Origin: Cystobasidiomycetes sp. EMM_F5
Taxonomy: Eukaryota
DNA: 64,000 bases
Assembly (NCBI GenBank): GCA_051047955.1
Contig: JBPGPT010000011.1
Location: 310,001 to 374,000, forward strand
Direction: 5' to 3'
Shown: positions 1 to 13,653 of the stretch, one piece after another
Layout: each line of letters begins with the position of its first letter
Position numbering within the stretch: position 1 is the stretch's first letter
The notes under the pieces: model-generated
The model's input: the letters and a program-made list of their open reading frames with translations, nothing else
The model's database searches: none
Told to the model about the DNA's origin: nothing
Position numbers and translations under genes: made by a program

Positions 1-210
1 GGAGAGTACAAGCGGGGATTCGACGGACTCGAGATTGCGAGATGGAGAGATGCAGTGTACAACTGCCCAGGGAAACTGTCTGGGTTTGAGTAGGCAGACA
101 GACACATGACGTGGCAGGGGTTGACTGGCACTGTCGGTCAGAGTCTGCAGCGTGCCTCGTATGACCACCGTGTAGCATACACCACTCCGCCAATGTAGAT
201 ACGCCGTCAT
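1..210 (-). CDS. Possible 5' end of a gene running off the left edge (unknown product)
   Basis: ATG at 210 on minus, donor-like sequence ~30 nt later, CTGAC...CCAG acceptor near 125, then frames open to the edge; no recognisable motif. Confidence 0.3.
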   Translation of the reverse strand, partial: MTAYLHWRSGVCYTVVIRGTLQTLTDSASQPLPRHVSVCLLKPRQFPWAVVHCISPSRNLESVESPLVLS

Positions 211-640
211 TGTCGCCGTCTCCGCACTCGCTCGCTCAACACCACCGCTAGTCCCCTTTGAGCCTTGCAGAATTTGCAGCAAAAATCCCTCGATCAATTT
301 TGGGTGCCTGGATGAAAATAGGGGCTAGACGGGAGTGTCGCCTCGCACTTTGGCTGGCGACTCGGCGGACGGGAATACGCGGGTTGGCTTTGCCATTTTC
401 ATTTAACAAAAAAAAAGAAAAGGGCAGCCAGGCACCGCTCGATCGCCGTTCATTACAAACTCGACGAGGGCTGATTACAATTCTCGGTCGAGCATTACCA
501 TTCCGGATTGTAATACCCTGGCATACCCTGATAAGGCAAATCATTCGACGACGATTCAAATCAAATAATCCAATCAAGATTTACTCCTAATCACACTGCC
601 AGCAATACACACACACCTCTGCATCCATACACTCCGCTGA

Positions 641-3600
641 ATGTCGGCACTCGATGCACTCGCTTCCGAGGCATTGCTGAATGGCAGCGGCAGCAGTGGG
701 AAGGAGAACGGACACCAAGGGAATGGCCAGCTGAATGGCCAGATGAACGGCCATCAAGAGGCAGACGCGGCCAACGATGGCAACGCCGTCGCTTCTCTGG
801 CTCACGAAGAAGCTGTCGGCGGTCCTCCGATGCCCCCAGCAGGACAGGCATTGGCGACGCTCAAGCAGCAGCAGCTTGGAACGACCATTCCAGCGTCGTC
901 GTCTGTAACGCATCCGCACGGCGACGGCGCAATGGCAGCTGCAGACGGTCGACTGGATACGGCCGACTTGCCGCATACGAACGGGTACACCGACGAGTAC
1001 CGTATCCCAGCGGAGCCTGCAATGTCGGCAGACGTAGATCAGCCAATCTCCAGCACGTCCGAGACTACAAATAGCCCCGCTGTGGAAGCCGTCAAGCCCG
1101 CATCACATCCCCCGGCACCCGCGTCAGCCAGTCTGCAGAGCATCCTCTCACAACCTGGGGATACGTACGATGACTACTCCGCCCAGACGCAGAGCGCCGA
1201 CACTCCCTCGATGGATTCGTTGCCAAATGAACCTACCCCACTGCCGTCGCAACTCCTCCACGGCACTGCCGACACCACGGATAGTCTGCTGGATGCACCG
1301 CACACGTCCTCTCATCAACTTCCTGGAGAGCTCGAACCTCAAGAAACTCCAACAGCTGCCATGCCTCCCTCTCACGACTTGCAACCCCAATCCACACCAT
1401 CGCTTTTGGATGCGCAAGACAGCAGTGCTCCCTCCGACGCTCCATCTCCCAACACGCTGGCAAAGCGACCGTTTGAAGCGGATGCAGGCGTACACTCACA
1501 AGCAGATTTGACCGTAAACGGCCAAGAAGGAGGATATGAGCCAGATAGCAAACGCGCCAGGATGGAGCCCTCACTCTCGCTCAATCAAGAACAGCAACTG
1601 CATCAAACCGGAGAGATTATGCCTTCTCACTATCCTACCGGGATCAAAGCAGAAGGAAGTGACTTCAATCTCGACCCGTCCTTCCAGTCTCAAGGGATGC
1701 CAATCAACGAGATTAAAGCAGAGCAAGGACACGATCAAGCAACATTTACGACTTCAGCGGATGCAGAGGGCGATGGTGATGCGGAAGACGCAGAGGACGC
1801 CCTCGGCGATATGGACTATTCAGGCATGAACGATTCGTCAATCATGCCGCAGGACACAAGCTTGGATCAATCTGGTGTTATGGATCAGTCCGGAATGGTA
1901 TGTTGAACACCATAGCTTGTAATTATTTGGCCGTTTTTACTGATCTGCCTCCTCTTACAGGTCAATGAGCCTACTTCGTACTCTTTGCCTATCGAAACAT
2001 CTGGCCAAGGTGATGAACAGAAACCAGATGTGCAGGAAGGTGACATTTCTCTGTCCGCATCAACATCAGCACCCCCTCCTCAACAAGTACAAGCCATGCC
2101 GTCCGACCAGAAGAAGTACGCTCTGTCGATGCTTCGCACGCTCAAGAAGAAGCGGGAAGCGACCATCTTCCTACAGCCCGTTGATCCTGTTGCACTAGGC
2201 ATCGAGCATTATGTCAAAATCATCACTCATCCTATGGATCTTTCGACTGTTGAGCGCAAATTGCAAAACCATCAATATGCATCTGCCGAACAGTTTAGGG
2301 ACGATGTCAATCTGATCTGGAATAACTGCTACACCTTCAACGGCACCGAGTCACCCTTCTCCGAATCGGCGCGCGTTCTCTCGGCCATGTTTGACAAGCA
2401 GATGCAAAAGATGCCAACACTTGCCAGCATCCAGGCACGAGAGGCAGAGAAGGTTGCAATGAAGGAAGCGGCGAGAGAAGCAACGGCCAAGAGGTCGATC
2501 TCGCCTGGCGGATCATACAGATCAAAGAAACCTCCTGCAAGACGTACGTCAAATGCTGGTGCTGGCCCTCGTCAGTCTATTCTTTGACAGACAGCTTGCC
2601 ACGAATGCATAGCCCTTATACTGATTTTGCTTGTTATTTTCTCGTCTATAGCCATGAATTTCGGAGCTTCCGTCATGAAGAACAAGAGCAAGAAGCCTGG
2701 TAGCGGCGGAATGCCGACTGGCAGTAGTCTAGGATCAAGCATGTCTGGACGGCCGGGCTCGGCTCAGTACGCCCAGATGCAACAGCTGCAAATGCAACAA
2801 CAGCAAGCGCAGATGCAAATCCAGCAGATGCAGCAGATGCAGCAGCAGCAGAATAGCGCGGCTGTCTTGAATCAGGAACAGCTGAAATTCTGCCGAATCG
2901 TCATGAATGAGCTCTTTGATCAGAAACATTCGGCCTTTGTTTACCCCTTCTACGAACCTGTCGATTGGGTCGCTCTCGAAATACCAGACTACCCCAAGAT
3001 TATCAGACGCCCAATGGACCTGTCTACCATGTCTCGCAAACTCGAACATGGAAAGTACAACTCTGCAACAGCTTTTGAAAACGATTTCAAACTTCTCATC
3101 AACAACTGCTTCACTTTCAACGGCCCTGCTTCTCCCGTCAACCAGATGGGCGACAAACTTCGCATTCTATTTTACGAGAAATGGCGAGAACTACCCCAGT
3201 ATGTAGACCCAATGATGGGCGGGGGTGGCTGGGGTGGTCCCAGCGGTGGCTACGGCGATGGCTTTGGCTACCAGGACGAGGACGACAACGGTATGGACTA
3301 TGATCAGATCAACATGATGCAGAAACAGCTCGAGCTACTCACTGGAAATCTCGAAATGATGCGCAACAAAGCGAGAATGAAGCAACAACATCGCACTTCT
3401 ATGGGCGGAAGCATGTCTGGCATGTCTGGTATGCCATATGCTGGTTCACCACCTCTTTATGGCGCACCATCGCAAATCTTACCTCCTCCGCAAATACCGA
3501 TTCCCATCGCCAAACCTCCGGTCCGAGCACCTCCTGTCCCAGCAGCTCCGAGGGTGCGCCCACCTCCCAAACGCAAGTTGTCCGAGTCGTACATTCCTCC

Positions 3601-4243
3601 GGCCGCCGCACCTGCTGCGCCCAAACCTCGCACAACGAAGAACTCAAAGGCGGTCGGCGGTGCAGCGGCAGATCGCAGCGACCGGGATTATACTCCTCCA
3701 GCTCGTGGCGGCAATACTTCAGACTACGAAGAAGAGGAAGGAGAGGCTGCCATTACCTTTGATATGAAGCGCGAACTGGCCGAGAAAATTCAGGAATACA
3801 CTGAAGGCTCCCGTCTTGATCGAGTCGTTGAGATTATCCGAAACTCTGCGCCCAACCTCATCGGCGGTGCAGATAATCAGGAGATTGAGCTCGACATTGA
3901 TCAACTCGATCAACGTACTCTGCTCAAGCTGTACGAGTATGTTGTTAAGCCTATCGGGAAAGGCAGGCAACTCAAACCAAAGAAGAATAAGCCGAAGGGA
4001 CGCAATCGTGGTGTCGATGAAGTCGCCGAGGAAGAACGTATCAATGCTCTTCAAGCTACGCTCGATGCCATGGAGGGTACCGCTGGAGTACCGGGTCTGC
4101 CCAATCTGCCGCAAATGCCCGCTGCTCCTCCCGTTGCAGTCGAATTGCCTGTGCAAGCTCAGCAAGGAGGCAGAGGTGACGTTGCAAGCTCTTCAAGCGA
4201 AGAGGACGAGGATGGCGACCCTTCTGATTCCGAATCTGAGTAA
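641..4243 (+). CDS. BDF1: BET-family double bromodomain + ET domain protein
   Basis: 3 exons (introns 1898-1960, 2571-2651). BD1 IFLQPVDPVALGIEHY...PMDLSTV...NCYTFNG; BD2 PFYEPVDWVALEIPDYPKII..PMDL; ET domain ITFDMKRELAEKI...EIELDIDQL; acidic C-terminal tail. Confidence 0.95.
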
Positions 4244-4322
4244 GTGGCACTGCACGATGTCTGGACATGTAGAAGCCGAGAGCTGACAATGTTGTAACCT
4301 GCAGTGGCTTTGCTCCCTCGCC

Positions 4323-4368
4323 ATAGAGGTTGCAACGATCTCGCAATAGAGGTTGCAACGATCTCGCA
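4323..4368. repeat. Perfect 23-bp direct tandem repeat (ATAGAGGTTGCAACGATCTCGCA x2)
   Basis: Read directly, about 80 nt after the BDF1 stop. Confidence 0.95.
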
Positions 4369-4788
4369 AACTTCGGCTCTCTTTGTTGGAGTTGTTAACG
4401 CGCTGGAATTCAAGCATTTCTTTGAATGAAGCGCAACATCGGGATACGATTGCATGGGATCACCGCTCGTAATCCAATCTCGCTTTGCAATAATACATAA
4501 GCGCATTATGCGTACCTCAGTAAACAAGCCAAGCTGTATCGTTAGTCGAGAAGTCCGGATTTGAACGCTCAATGCTGCCAAGTTGCTGTGTCATCACGCC
4601 GCCCTGGCTACTCACTTCCTGTCCACTCCCCTTCCGCACGTAGAGCAGGAACTGTCCAGGTTTGCATCGTATACTGAAGAGCCAAGATTTGAACGTTGGA
4701 ATAGCAAAACACGTATAGACTGTACAAGGTGCCTTCGATGGAATGCAGTGCAAACAGCCCTTTCCTATGCAAACACAATTTATCGCGC

Positions 4789-7700
4789 TTACTGCTTACA
4801 ACCATCTACCAGGCGCTGTTTTGGGTATCTATAACCTGCCTGCTTCCACGTTGTTAAGTTTGCATTGGTATATGCATTAAGGTGCCTGCATTTCACGATA
4901 ATGTCAGTAACATAGTTCGTACAAGGGTGCCGAGACTCACTTGTCAATGTAAGCTGATGTGGGTCTGTCCTTTGGGTCACAGCCGATATTCGTCATACCC
5001 TCTTGCTGATAAACACGAACGTAGTCGACTTTCATATGAGCCGGGAAGGGCATGCTGGTCAGATCGACCTGATTAGGTTGCGAACATGAGCATGCCGATT
5101 CATTCAACGCAACGCAAAGGACTGACCGTCTGAAAAGTATCGGAGATGCCCAAATTCAAAATCTGCAATCTTTAAGGGTCAGACTTCTCTGCGATATATT
5201 CAATGTGCAGGCACTTCTGTCTTACCATATATAGAGGCTCGTCCGGTACTATCCTTGCTTGGATTTGAGTGGCAGGATTTGGACCAATCTGCTCACGCGC
5301 ATTCATCAGCTTGGAAATTCGCTGATCGTTGTCATACGTACCGCGCCAGACATCATTGTCCATGTCTCTTCCCCATTCTGCAGCGGGAACCAGTGGTGAG
5401 CGACCTTCGTTAAACATGGCAGTTGCAAAACGGCTCACGTAAGTCCAGGTGATCCGGGATGCTGGATCTGTGCCAGGCACTAGCTCAAACCCGTACTAGT
5501 CATGCAAGTCAATAATATGAACTGCCAGAGAATGGACGAACGAGTAAGGAAGACTGACTGTGCTGTAGCCATCGACCGATTCGTATCCGCTGTTGTCTGG
5601 GAAGTACGTCAAGCCAGAGGCGCATTGCTGCAGCCTTACATTAACAGATTCCAGACCCAGCTATGATCGCAAGCACTTGCCTGATATCGGCCGCCTTCAT
5701 AAGTGTCTGGAGTAGTCCAGATCAGTACTTGCGTACGAAATATGCTCGGCCATGTTTGGCTTACTGTACTCGGTCCTGCAGCCAACGTTACATCAGCAAC
5801 TGTCGAAATGAGGCAGGGAAGGCTACGCACATTGAACTATCCTTGATGCGACATTGACTACGGTCGATGTGGTATTCCGGATCTAATGACCGCTGAAGCG
5901 TTAGTGTCTCAAATAGCATGGCACAGGCTGACATGTCGGACGGACCGTAGGGAGCTAATTGAAAGGACTGCGATGCCCCGCCCTTTCTGACGCTGCCTGT
6001 CGAATCGATGACAGCTTCTATCAAATCGACTTCAGGTGATCCTCTTCCAGTCTTGATATCAGGCCCAGGATGATCTTCGCCTTTACATGTACAAGCTGAG
6101 AGCTTCTGCCCAGGCTGGTATGATAACTTTACAGCAGCAGCCGGCGATGACTCATCGGCATTTGTCTGGTTCGGACGAGTGCCAACATCGCAACTGTCGT
6201 ATGAACTAATTTATGTGCGTGTCAGCTAACATGGTGTGCGATAGCGGGAAGAGCTTACTATGGCCATACTCCTGGCATCGCACTTGTCAGCCGGTGAATG
6301 CAGCAAGATCGAAAGGTAGACATACCGTCGGTAGTTGCTCCAAATCCTGCTCTTCCGAGATTGCCCATAGTCCATACTCCTGGCCAGAAGCCTGATGTCT
6401 GATGCGATCCTGGTAGCTGCACCCTGGCTTCGATATATCCACCAGTGAAGCACATCATGTTCCATGATTGAATCATCCCGCTCATATAGTCTAGATCGTG
6501 CGATCTCTGCTTGGAAATGGTGATGACTAGCGAGCCATTTGCAGTCGTGACCGCTGACGGGTCGTACCATTCGCTTTAAGCGACATCAGCAGAGTCAAAA
6601 GACTGATAGTTGAGAACATACTAATTTCCAGTCCCCCTGACGAGCAGGACGTTAGCGGAAAAAAGGCGCTCTACAAAATACAGAGGGCGGGGCTCACCAG
6701 TAATGCAAGTCGACGGCTGACCAAAAGGGGTCATCACCCTCATAAAAAGTTCGACCCGGCACCTCGAATTCGTCAGAGAAGACCAGATTGTATTTGCTGC
6801 CATCAAAGCCTTCACATTCTCGCATCAGCTTGGTGCTGACTAATGAAGCATGCCTATTACACACCTGTCCTCGTCAGCGCTTTCTGCGGAGTATGTCTGT
6901 CGATGAGTGTAGGCAAATTCGGTATGTCTGAATGCAAGCTTAAATCAGCATACAATGTGTAATCCGCCACTAGACTCACCTGGAACTTGTCCAGTTGAGT
7001 TCGTGCCACCGTATCCAAAACTCCCGTTGTAAGCCAGAATACGCTGATATATTTCTTGGCATACAGGGTAGACACAAAATAGTCCCAGCAAGGCCGCAGT
7101 AATGAGAACCAGGGTAAAGACGTTCAAAAAGCCTTTAATGCCCATTGCGCAGCATACGCCATCAGTCACGCGCTTCTTTACAGCTGGATCATGCATGTAG
7201 TCATCCTCTTCCGCCTGTTTCGAATCGTAGAGAAAATGCGATTCGACAGCGACATTTGCCGAATAGTTGGCAGGTAAGGGTGGATGTTGAGTTACGTTTG
7301 TGACACCAGACTCTGCGGTTCCGGCGAAGCTGCGGACACTGTGAGGTGTGGTGCGCCCGCTGACGTATCCTGAAATGGCGGCAATAGGAGTATATACACC
7401 ACTTCGCTGGCTGTTCATGCGACTTTGCTGTTTCCCGCGCACGGTTGACTGGCGACTTGTCGTAACGGATCGACCGCCGTGCTGAGCGGAGTGACTTTGT
7501 GAGCTACTGACGAGAGAGTCGGACGAGTAAGAACGCTCGAGATCACCCCGCTGCCATGGTCCGCGGGCGGTCAGCGGTGACGAATTCTGCGAAGGCCGTG
7601 CAGTCACAAGAGCAGTGTCTTCTTTCAGCTGAGGCGGAGCAGAAGGAGTACTCCCCGGCAGGGACATTCTAGGATAGGAGGAGCCGCTGAATACGATGGG

Positions 7701-8066
7701 AGGATCTGGTACTGGCGGAGGAGTGCCAGCGAGATAGGGCAAAGCTGGCATCTGGTCGATATCATCAGACTCTTGTGCATGCCCTTGAGGTCGGTGTCTA
7801 GCCGCATCCTGCAGAAGAGGCTGCTGTTCAGATTGCGAATGATGTTTTGGCGGAGACTGTCCCGGCGCCATGAAAGTGTAAGGGCCGTATTGGTACCCGC
7901 TGACCTGCGGTATGCCATCGTCTCCGACTTGCATAAAGTCGGACTCGCTCAGACTAGACTTTGCCGTCATGTCGGATTTCGACGATGCGTTAGAGTCTCC
8001 CCGAGGTCGAGTCATGGCGGATACACCACTCTGCGGAGGTTCTAGCGCAAGGTAGTCAGCTAACAT
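4789..8066 (-). CDS. KRE6: Beta-1,6-glucan synthesis-associated GH16 protein, KRE6/SKN1 family (exact start uncertain)
   Basis: Disordered N-terminus, DDYMHDP, one TM helix, then [58 protein letters not shown] (ExDxxE), [15 protein letters not shown], across about 10 exons. Confidence 0.93.
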
Positions 8067-8556
8067 AGATTGAATACGACGATATCTCGCGGGAAGCCGT
8101 CATCCTAGTCAGTCCCTTTGTCCATTTCAGCCAAATCGTTTGGACAGCGCGCCGCAACCAAATTCGTTTCTCATCCGATGCCAGCCAAACGGCGGGCGCA
8201 ATGAAGATAATACCCAACATCGTCGGCGAGGGGCGACAACGGCAGCTTCGTAGCAGGATTGCTGAGTTGACCCAAGGCATCGACGCCGAAGAAAAGTCAG
8301 CAACTCGAGACAATAGTAAGCGGCATCAGAGCTTGTGGTCAGTTTGTGATTAGCCTGCAAATGCATGTCGAGCTGTGAATTGGCTGGCGGACTTGTACTC
8401 AACCCGTGATTTCTGGGGCTCCGCGCACAAACTTGCCGATACTTTGCGGAATTCCGGTGAGTGCCGTTAAGCTTGGCTCTGCTTTGACCAGAGCTGCCAG
8501 CAAGAATATCCGCTGACCGTGCTGAAGCTTCACAGGCTTCCAACTATCCGCCAGCC

Positions 8557-10546
8557 ATGTCGTCGCCCGTCGCCCGGCTGCAGCAGATCGCGTCGGCTTT
8601 GAAGGATACCGTGACCGGGCAGACCCACCAGCATTCAAATCCAGACTTCAAGAATCCCCACGCTCTCAAGTTCCAGGCTGGACTACCAAAAGGCCTCAAA
8701 GTAAATCATACCCCGTTGAATCCCGTTTCCTTCCTCCTGCGCTCGGCGACAATACGGCCAAACCGGATAGCGCTGAAGCACCCCGCCAAGAACGCACAAT
8801 GGACGTATGCGGAATGGTAAGCTCAAGATATACAGCGTCTGGATACTTGTTCATACTCTTTCACTCAGGGCAATGCGAGTCTGCGCGCTCGCCTACGGTC
8901 TAAAGAAGCGGGGAATCAAACGCGGGGACAGAGTCTGCATCATTTCGCCAAATGCACCCATGATACTCGATCTCATCCAAGCACTACCAGCTATTCACGC
9001 AGTCATGGTCCCGATGAACATTCGTCTCACAAAGCCCGAGGTCGACTATATCTTGGGTCATTCCGGTAGCAAGATGATCATATGCGACTACGAATTCAAA
9101 CGTCTATCGGAAGATTTCGACGGCGAAGTCATCATTTGCAATGACTCTGCAGGAACAGATCCATCGGATCCATACGAACAATTGATAGCGGAAGGACAGA
9201 AGGAAGCAAACGAGATTGGCTGGGCAGGCCTAACCCTCGTTGACAATGAGGAGGCTCCACTGGCGATATGCTACACTTCGGGAACGACGGGAAGGCCGAA
9301 AGGAGTATTGACGACCTTCAGAGGCTCTTACCTTGCTGGTCTCGCCAACGCCTTCGAGGCGCAGATGAATCACGATTCCGTTTACCTCTGGATTCTGCCA
9401 GCCTTTCACGCCGTTGGATGGACGTATCCGTTCGCCGTTACTGCATCAGCAGCCGGTCAAGTATGCTTACGGTCCGTTGGAGACTACACCCCAATCTGGG
9501 ACGCTTTCATCAGGGACAAGGTTACGGTAAGCTACGCTCATACTTTCCTGTTCGCAACATTGTGCTGACGATTGTCGCTCGCAGACGTATTGCGCAGCGC
9601 CTACCGTCCAAATCGCCATATGCAATCATCCACAAGCTGGCACGCTCAAGCACAATGTACGAACAATGATAGCTGGTGCAGCACCATCTGCACACCTCAT
9701 TCAATCTCTGGAAAAGATAAATATCCAAGTCTGCCACGTGTACGGCTTGACCGAGACGTACGGGCCGTTTACAGCCTGCATACAACACAAGGAATGGGAT
9801 GATCTGTCGCCCGAGGAATTTTACAGACTCAAAGCCATGCAAGGGCATGCATACGTCACATCTGACCTTGTACGGGTTGTGAGGACAGACTCTTCTGCCG
9901 CTGATGGGTACGAGGATGTGGAGCCAAACGGGAAGGAAGTGGGAGAAATTGTCGTGCGGGGCAACCTGGTCATGCAAGGTGAGTTGAAAACTACACACAC
10001 CTATGGTGGGAACATGCTGAAGACTTAGGATTCTGTCAGAATACTACAAGGACCCAGCCGCTACTGCGAAAGCTTTCGAAGGTGGCTACTTCCACACGGG
10101 CGATTTGGCAGTCATGACACCTCACGGTGCTTTGAGTATTCAAGATCGTAGCAAGGACATCATCATCAGCGGCGGAGAAAACGCATCGTCTCTAGCTATC
10201 GAGAGCGCTCTATTCGAACATCCAGACGTCCTCGAAGTAGCGGTGGTAGCCAGGCCGCACGAGCAGTACGGTGAAAGGGCACATGCCTTCGTCATCCTTC
10301 GACAAGAGGCGCAATCCAAATGGAAAGGCAAGGGGTCAGATTTCGAACAGGAGCTCATTACGTTCTCCAAGACAAAGTTGCCAGGCTTTGCCCGCCCACA
10401 ATGGGTCGAGATAGTCGAGGCGCTGCCGAAGACTAGTACGGGCAAGATACAGAAGCACGGTGAGACACAGAGCCTTTCGACTGCGAGCGTTACCGAGGCT
10501 TACTCGTGATGGCGATTCAGAACTCCGGAAAAAATTCAAGCAATGA
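8557..10546 (+). CDS. Acyl-CoA synthetase (AMP-binding enzyme)
   Basis: TPLNPVSFL, YTSGTTGRPKGV, HVYGLTETYGP, GGYFHTGDLA, DRSKDIIISGGEN, LPKTSTGKIQK; 5 exons, last ends ELRKKFKQ*. Confidence 0.93.
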
Positions 10547-11102
10547 GCCAAGCCAGGGTGACCTAACATCGGACGTCAGGCATGGAGCGCTGTTACTGCG
10601 CTTGTACAACAGGTAAAAGCATTTAGTCGATGACATCGTATGCTAGTCTACATTGTGCTGTAAAAAAGTTACCGTCTAGCCCTACGCCTTCTAACAATAT
10701 GTAGTTCCAACCAATGTCATTCGGCAGAACTACGCAGCAATCGCATAGACGAACGCTGGATGAAACAATGAGAGAGTCTGATACATAGGGAGGCGTTTTT
10801 GGCTCTGGTAGCACTTGTGCGGATCCAGCTGCATGCCGTAGCGTTCGTTATCATTCTTGTCATTATGTTACAGTATCGCGCGCTAGCACCTCGGAGTCGT
10901 ATCAGCGCACTTCAAATAACAAAAAGAAAGCTCGCATCGACTAACCGGACTCAAATTAATGGAGTTTAATGGGCAGTATCGTTACCCCACGATTCGGAGA
11001 GCTTTATTGGAGGACGCACTATGACTCGCTGTTTCGATCTGCATCTTTTGTGAGGAAGCAGTGAAGGCGTAGTCTTCCCCTACTCGTACCGAGACTCGGT
11101 GA

Positions 11103-12717
11103 CTAGAGTAGCCAACTGGCTGAAAGTATCACCATTTGTAGCTCTACGTAAGTGATCAATTCACGATGGTAGATTTCCCACTCTTTCGCCTGACGCAGTC
11201 ATGCTCGTCAGTATAGTTGTTTTTCCTTGAGAACATCGGAATACATACTTTATCGACAATCGAGAGCAGCATATCAGTTTTCACGGTCGCGGACCGCGCG
11301 CCCATTTTGCCTAGAATCGTATGTAGTTGCGACCACGTGAGCCCTGCCGTCTTAGCCTTGATATTATCCGGTGAGCAGTCCTCGAAGTATTGAGGGTCAA
11401 TACATCGCCCTGAAAGCCTCTTGGGACGTCGCGGTAGCAGCTGAAAAGGCCTCTCAAAAATCTGATCCTCTGTCAAATTGGGTCTGAATTGAGGGAATTG
11501 AGCAGCTCCTCCGCCAGCGTGTGCTGGGATAGGTAGCTTCGCTCTGAGGTATGCTAGCCTTGATATTTCGCTAACATAAGCAGGGTCGCGAAATTTTGTC
11601 GTGAAAATACCGCGAAGCCAGACTTTGGCTTCCGGAGTCAGAGCCGGATTGTTGGAGATATCTCGCAAGTAATGGGCTTCAGCACTACCTCCGTCAAATT
11701 CAGAGATAGGCGCAGTGGATTGCGGCTGCTTCGAGTTGGCAGGTGATCCATCGTCACGATTCCATTCAGCTACGTTGTCAACAAATGTAAGACCTTCAGA
11801 TTCGCAGCTCGTAGACCGTTGTTGTGATGTAGCTTTCATCCTCTTCGAAGCATGCAATGGTGGTTTGACAGCTTCTGACTCGCTTTCAGAATCTGAAGCG
11901 TCAAGGTATTTCCTCTTCTCAGGCTGTCTGTTCTTGGCGCCAGAAATCGTAGTCTGTGCTGGTTTTGAGGCAGAGCTTGCCACAGACGAAGGTTTGGAGG
12001 CTTGATTCTCTGTACGAGACTGCGGTATACTCGCCGTCAGACGCTGCTCGAGCTTGTTCAACGGAGCAGGCAGCACATCGACTTCGTAAGATTGGGATTT
12101 CGTGACTTTGCGATCTTTTGCAGTTGCCGCAGTCCCAGGTGCAGGCAGGAGATCATACAGTTCGTCATCGGAAGGATCGAAGTCTTCTTTAGAGTCTGCA
12201 GTTTCGAGCTGTGTCCCAAACTCGCGACGCTGATTCACGCGTCACGATGTTGTAAGACTGTCGTAGAATTGGGCAACTTACAGAATGCGGTCTCCAGACA
12301 AGGGGCGATGACTATGCTGTACATTAGCCCGAACTCACCTGAAATATTGATCAACTGCACCTACCGGGTATCTGGGCGATGGCGGAAAGAATCTTGGTGG
12401 TGACGGAATCTTCCGTAGCGGACGAGCCTTGAGTACGGGAGAAGTAGTTTTGATCCCAACGCCTATGGATGTCTAGGTACGAATGTTAGCAAACGACGGT
12501 AGTAGTCGTGCTGAGCGGAGTCAGCAGCACCTACCGTTTTCTTCGGTTGGCATAGTAATGTAGTCTCCTCTAACTGTGCCTTGACTGCCCGAAGAGCAAG
12601 GTATGCGTCGGCAATTTGCGTTGCCTCGCGAGTCTCAGACGAATCATCCTGCCAATTAGCAGCAATACACGTGTCCACCGCTGCTACGGTCTCTTGCAAT
12701 CGGTTCTGCAAAGCCAT
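11103..12717 (-). CDS. Hypothetical multi-exon protein (helical N-terminus, long S/P/K-rich region, short helical C-terminus)
   Basis: ORFs 12463-12717 and 11156-12238 join in frame through GTAGGT/GTAAGT/GTATGT introns; predicted last exon AKEWEIYHRELITYVELQMVILSASWLL*. No family recognised. Confidence 0.6.
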
Positions 12718-13653
12718 ATCTACTTATCTTGCGTTTCATTCCGTACCACGACAACGGAATGAGAAGAAGAAAGGAAAGAAGGAAAGGACAGAGAATCAAG
12801 CTGCTTAAATAGTTTAGCTGCACAGCACGAAAGCCCGCTTTGGTCTTCGTCGGGCAGTAGTATCTAGTTAGACGATAGAGGATGATAGTCAAGGATGGGA
12901 GGGAGGCCTGAGCGCCAGTGAATACTTCAGCGCGATACGGAAGATTCGTCTAGTTTCGCTGTAATGATGCGCTATGTCGTGCTCCACCGCCATTGACGCA
13001 ACCTCCAGAACATCAGTCCCCACAGGCCCGCTGCAGCTCATTTGCATTGAACAGTCAGCGGAGACCATCCAGTGGAAGCGTATGCTGGGTGCATCGAAGC
13101 AGGGACAAAGCTTCATTTCAGCATAGGGAGACAAGGCAGGTTGCACGGCAGAGCTCTGGACACCTCCGCATGCCGTTCAATCGATATTCGCCACTTGTAC
13201 GTTCAAGGCTCAAAGCACCACTCTAGGAATTCTCAGTATTTTGAACGCATCTAGACTAGCTACATGTGTTTGTACGCGTTGATAGAGGGAAGGGAAGGAA
13301 AGAAGGGCTATCCAGGTCTACAATTTTACCTTGCCATTTCACGAAAAGCCAAAGACGAGCCTGTCGCTTGAGACAATCCGCAGGGTGACAGCGTACTTGA
13401 CGCCATCAGCGGGAGATCTGTGGTGTGAATGAAGAAGTATATGCCCTTGTGCCAGTCGTAAAACTTATGTCGTCAAAAGAAGGAAGACGAAGAGTACTGA
13501 ATCGTCCAGGAGGCACTGCTGTCCGATTGAATTGAGGAAGGCGGTTCGACTTGGGATGAAAGAGTGAGGGTGTCTCTACAAGTGCTCATTCCGTATTGTA
13601 TGCACAGCATTATATTGAAGAAGCACTTTTCCAGCAAGTTCGGCACATCGAGT

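Noticed and set aside
2770..2850. CAG/CAA-rich tract
   Set aside because: Ordinary poly-Q/M coding linker within BDF1.
4323..4368. Direct repeat as a CRISPR array or target-site duplication
   Set aside because: Two adjacent copies, no spacer or intervening element, eukaryotic context.
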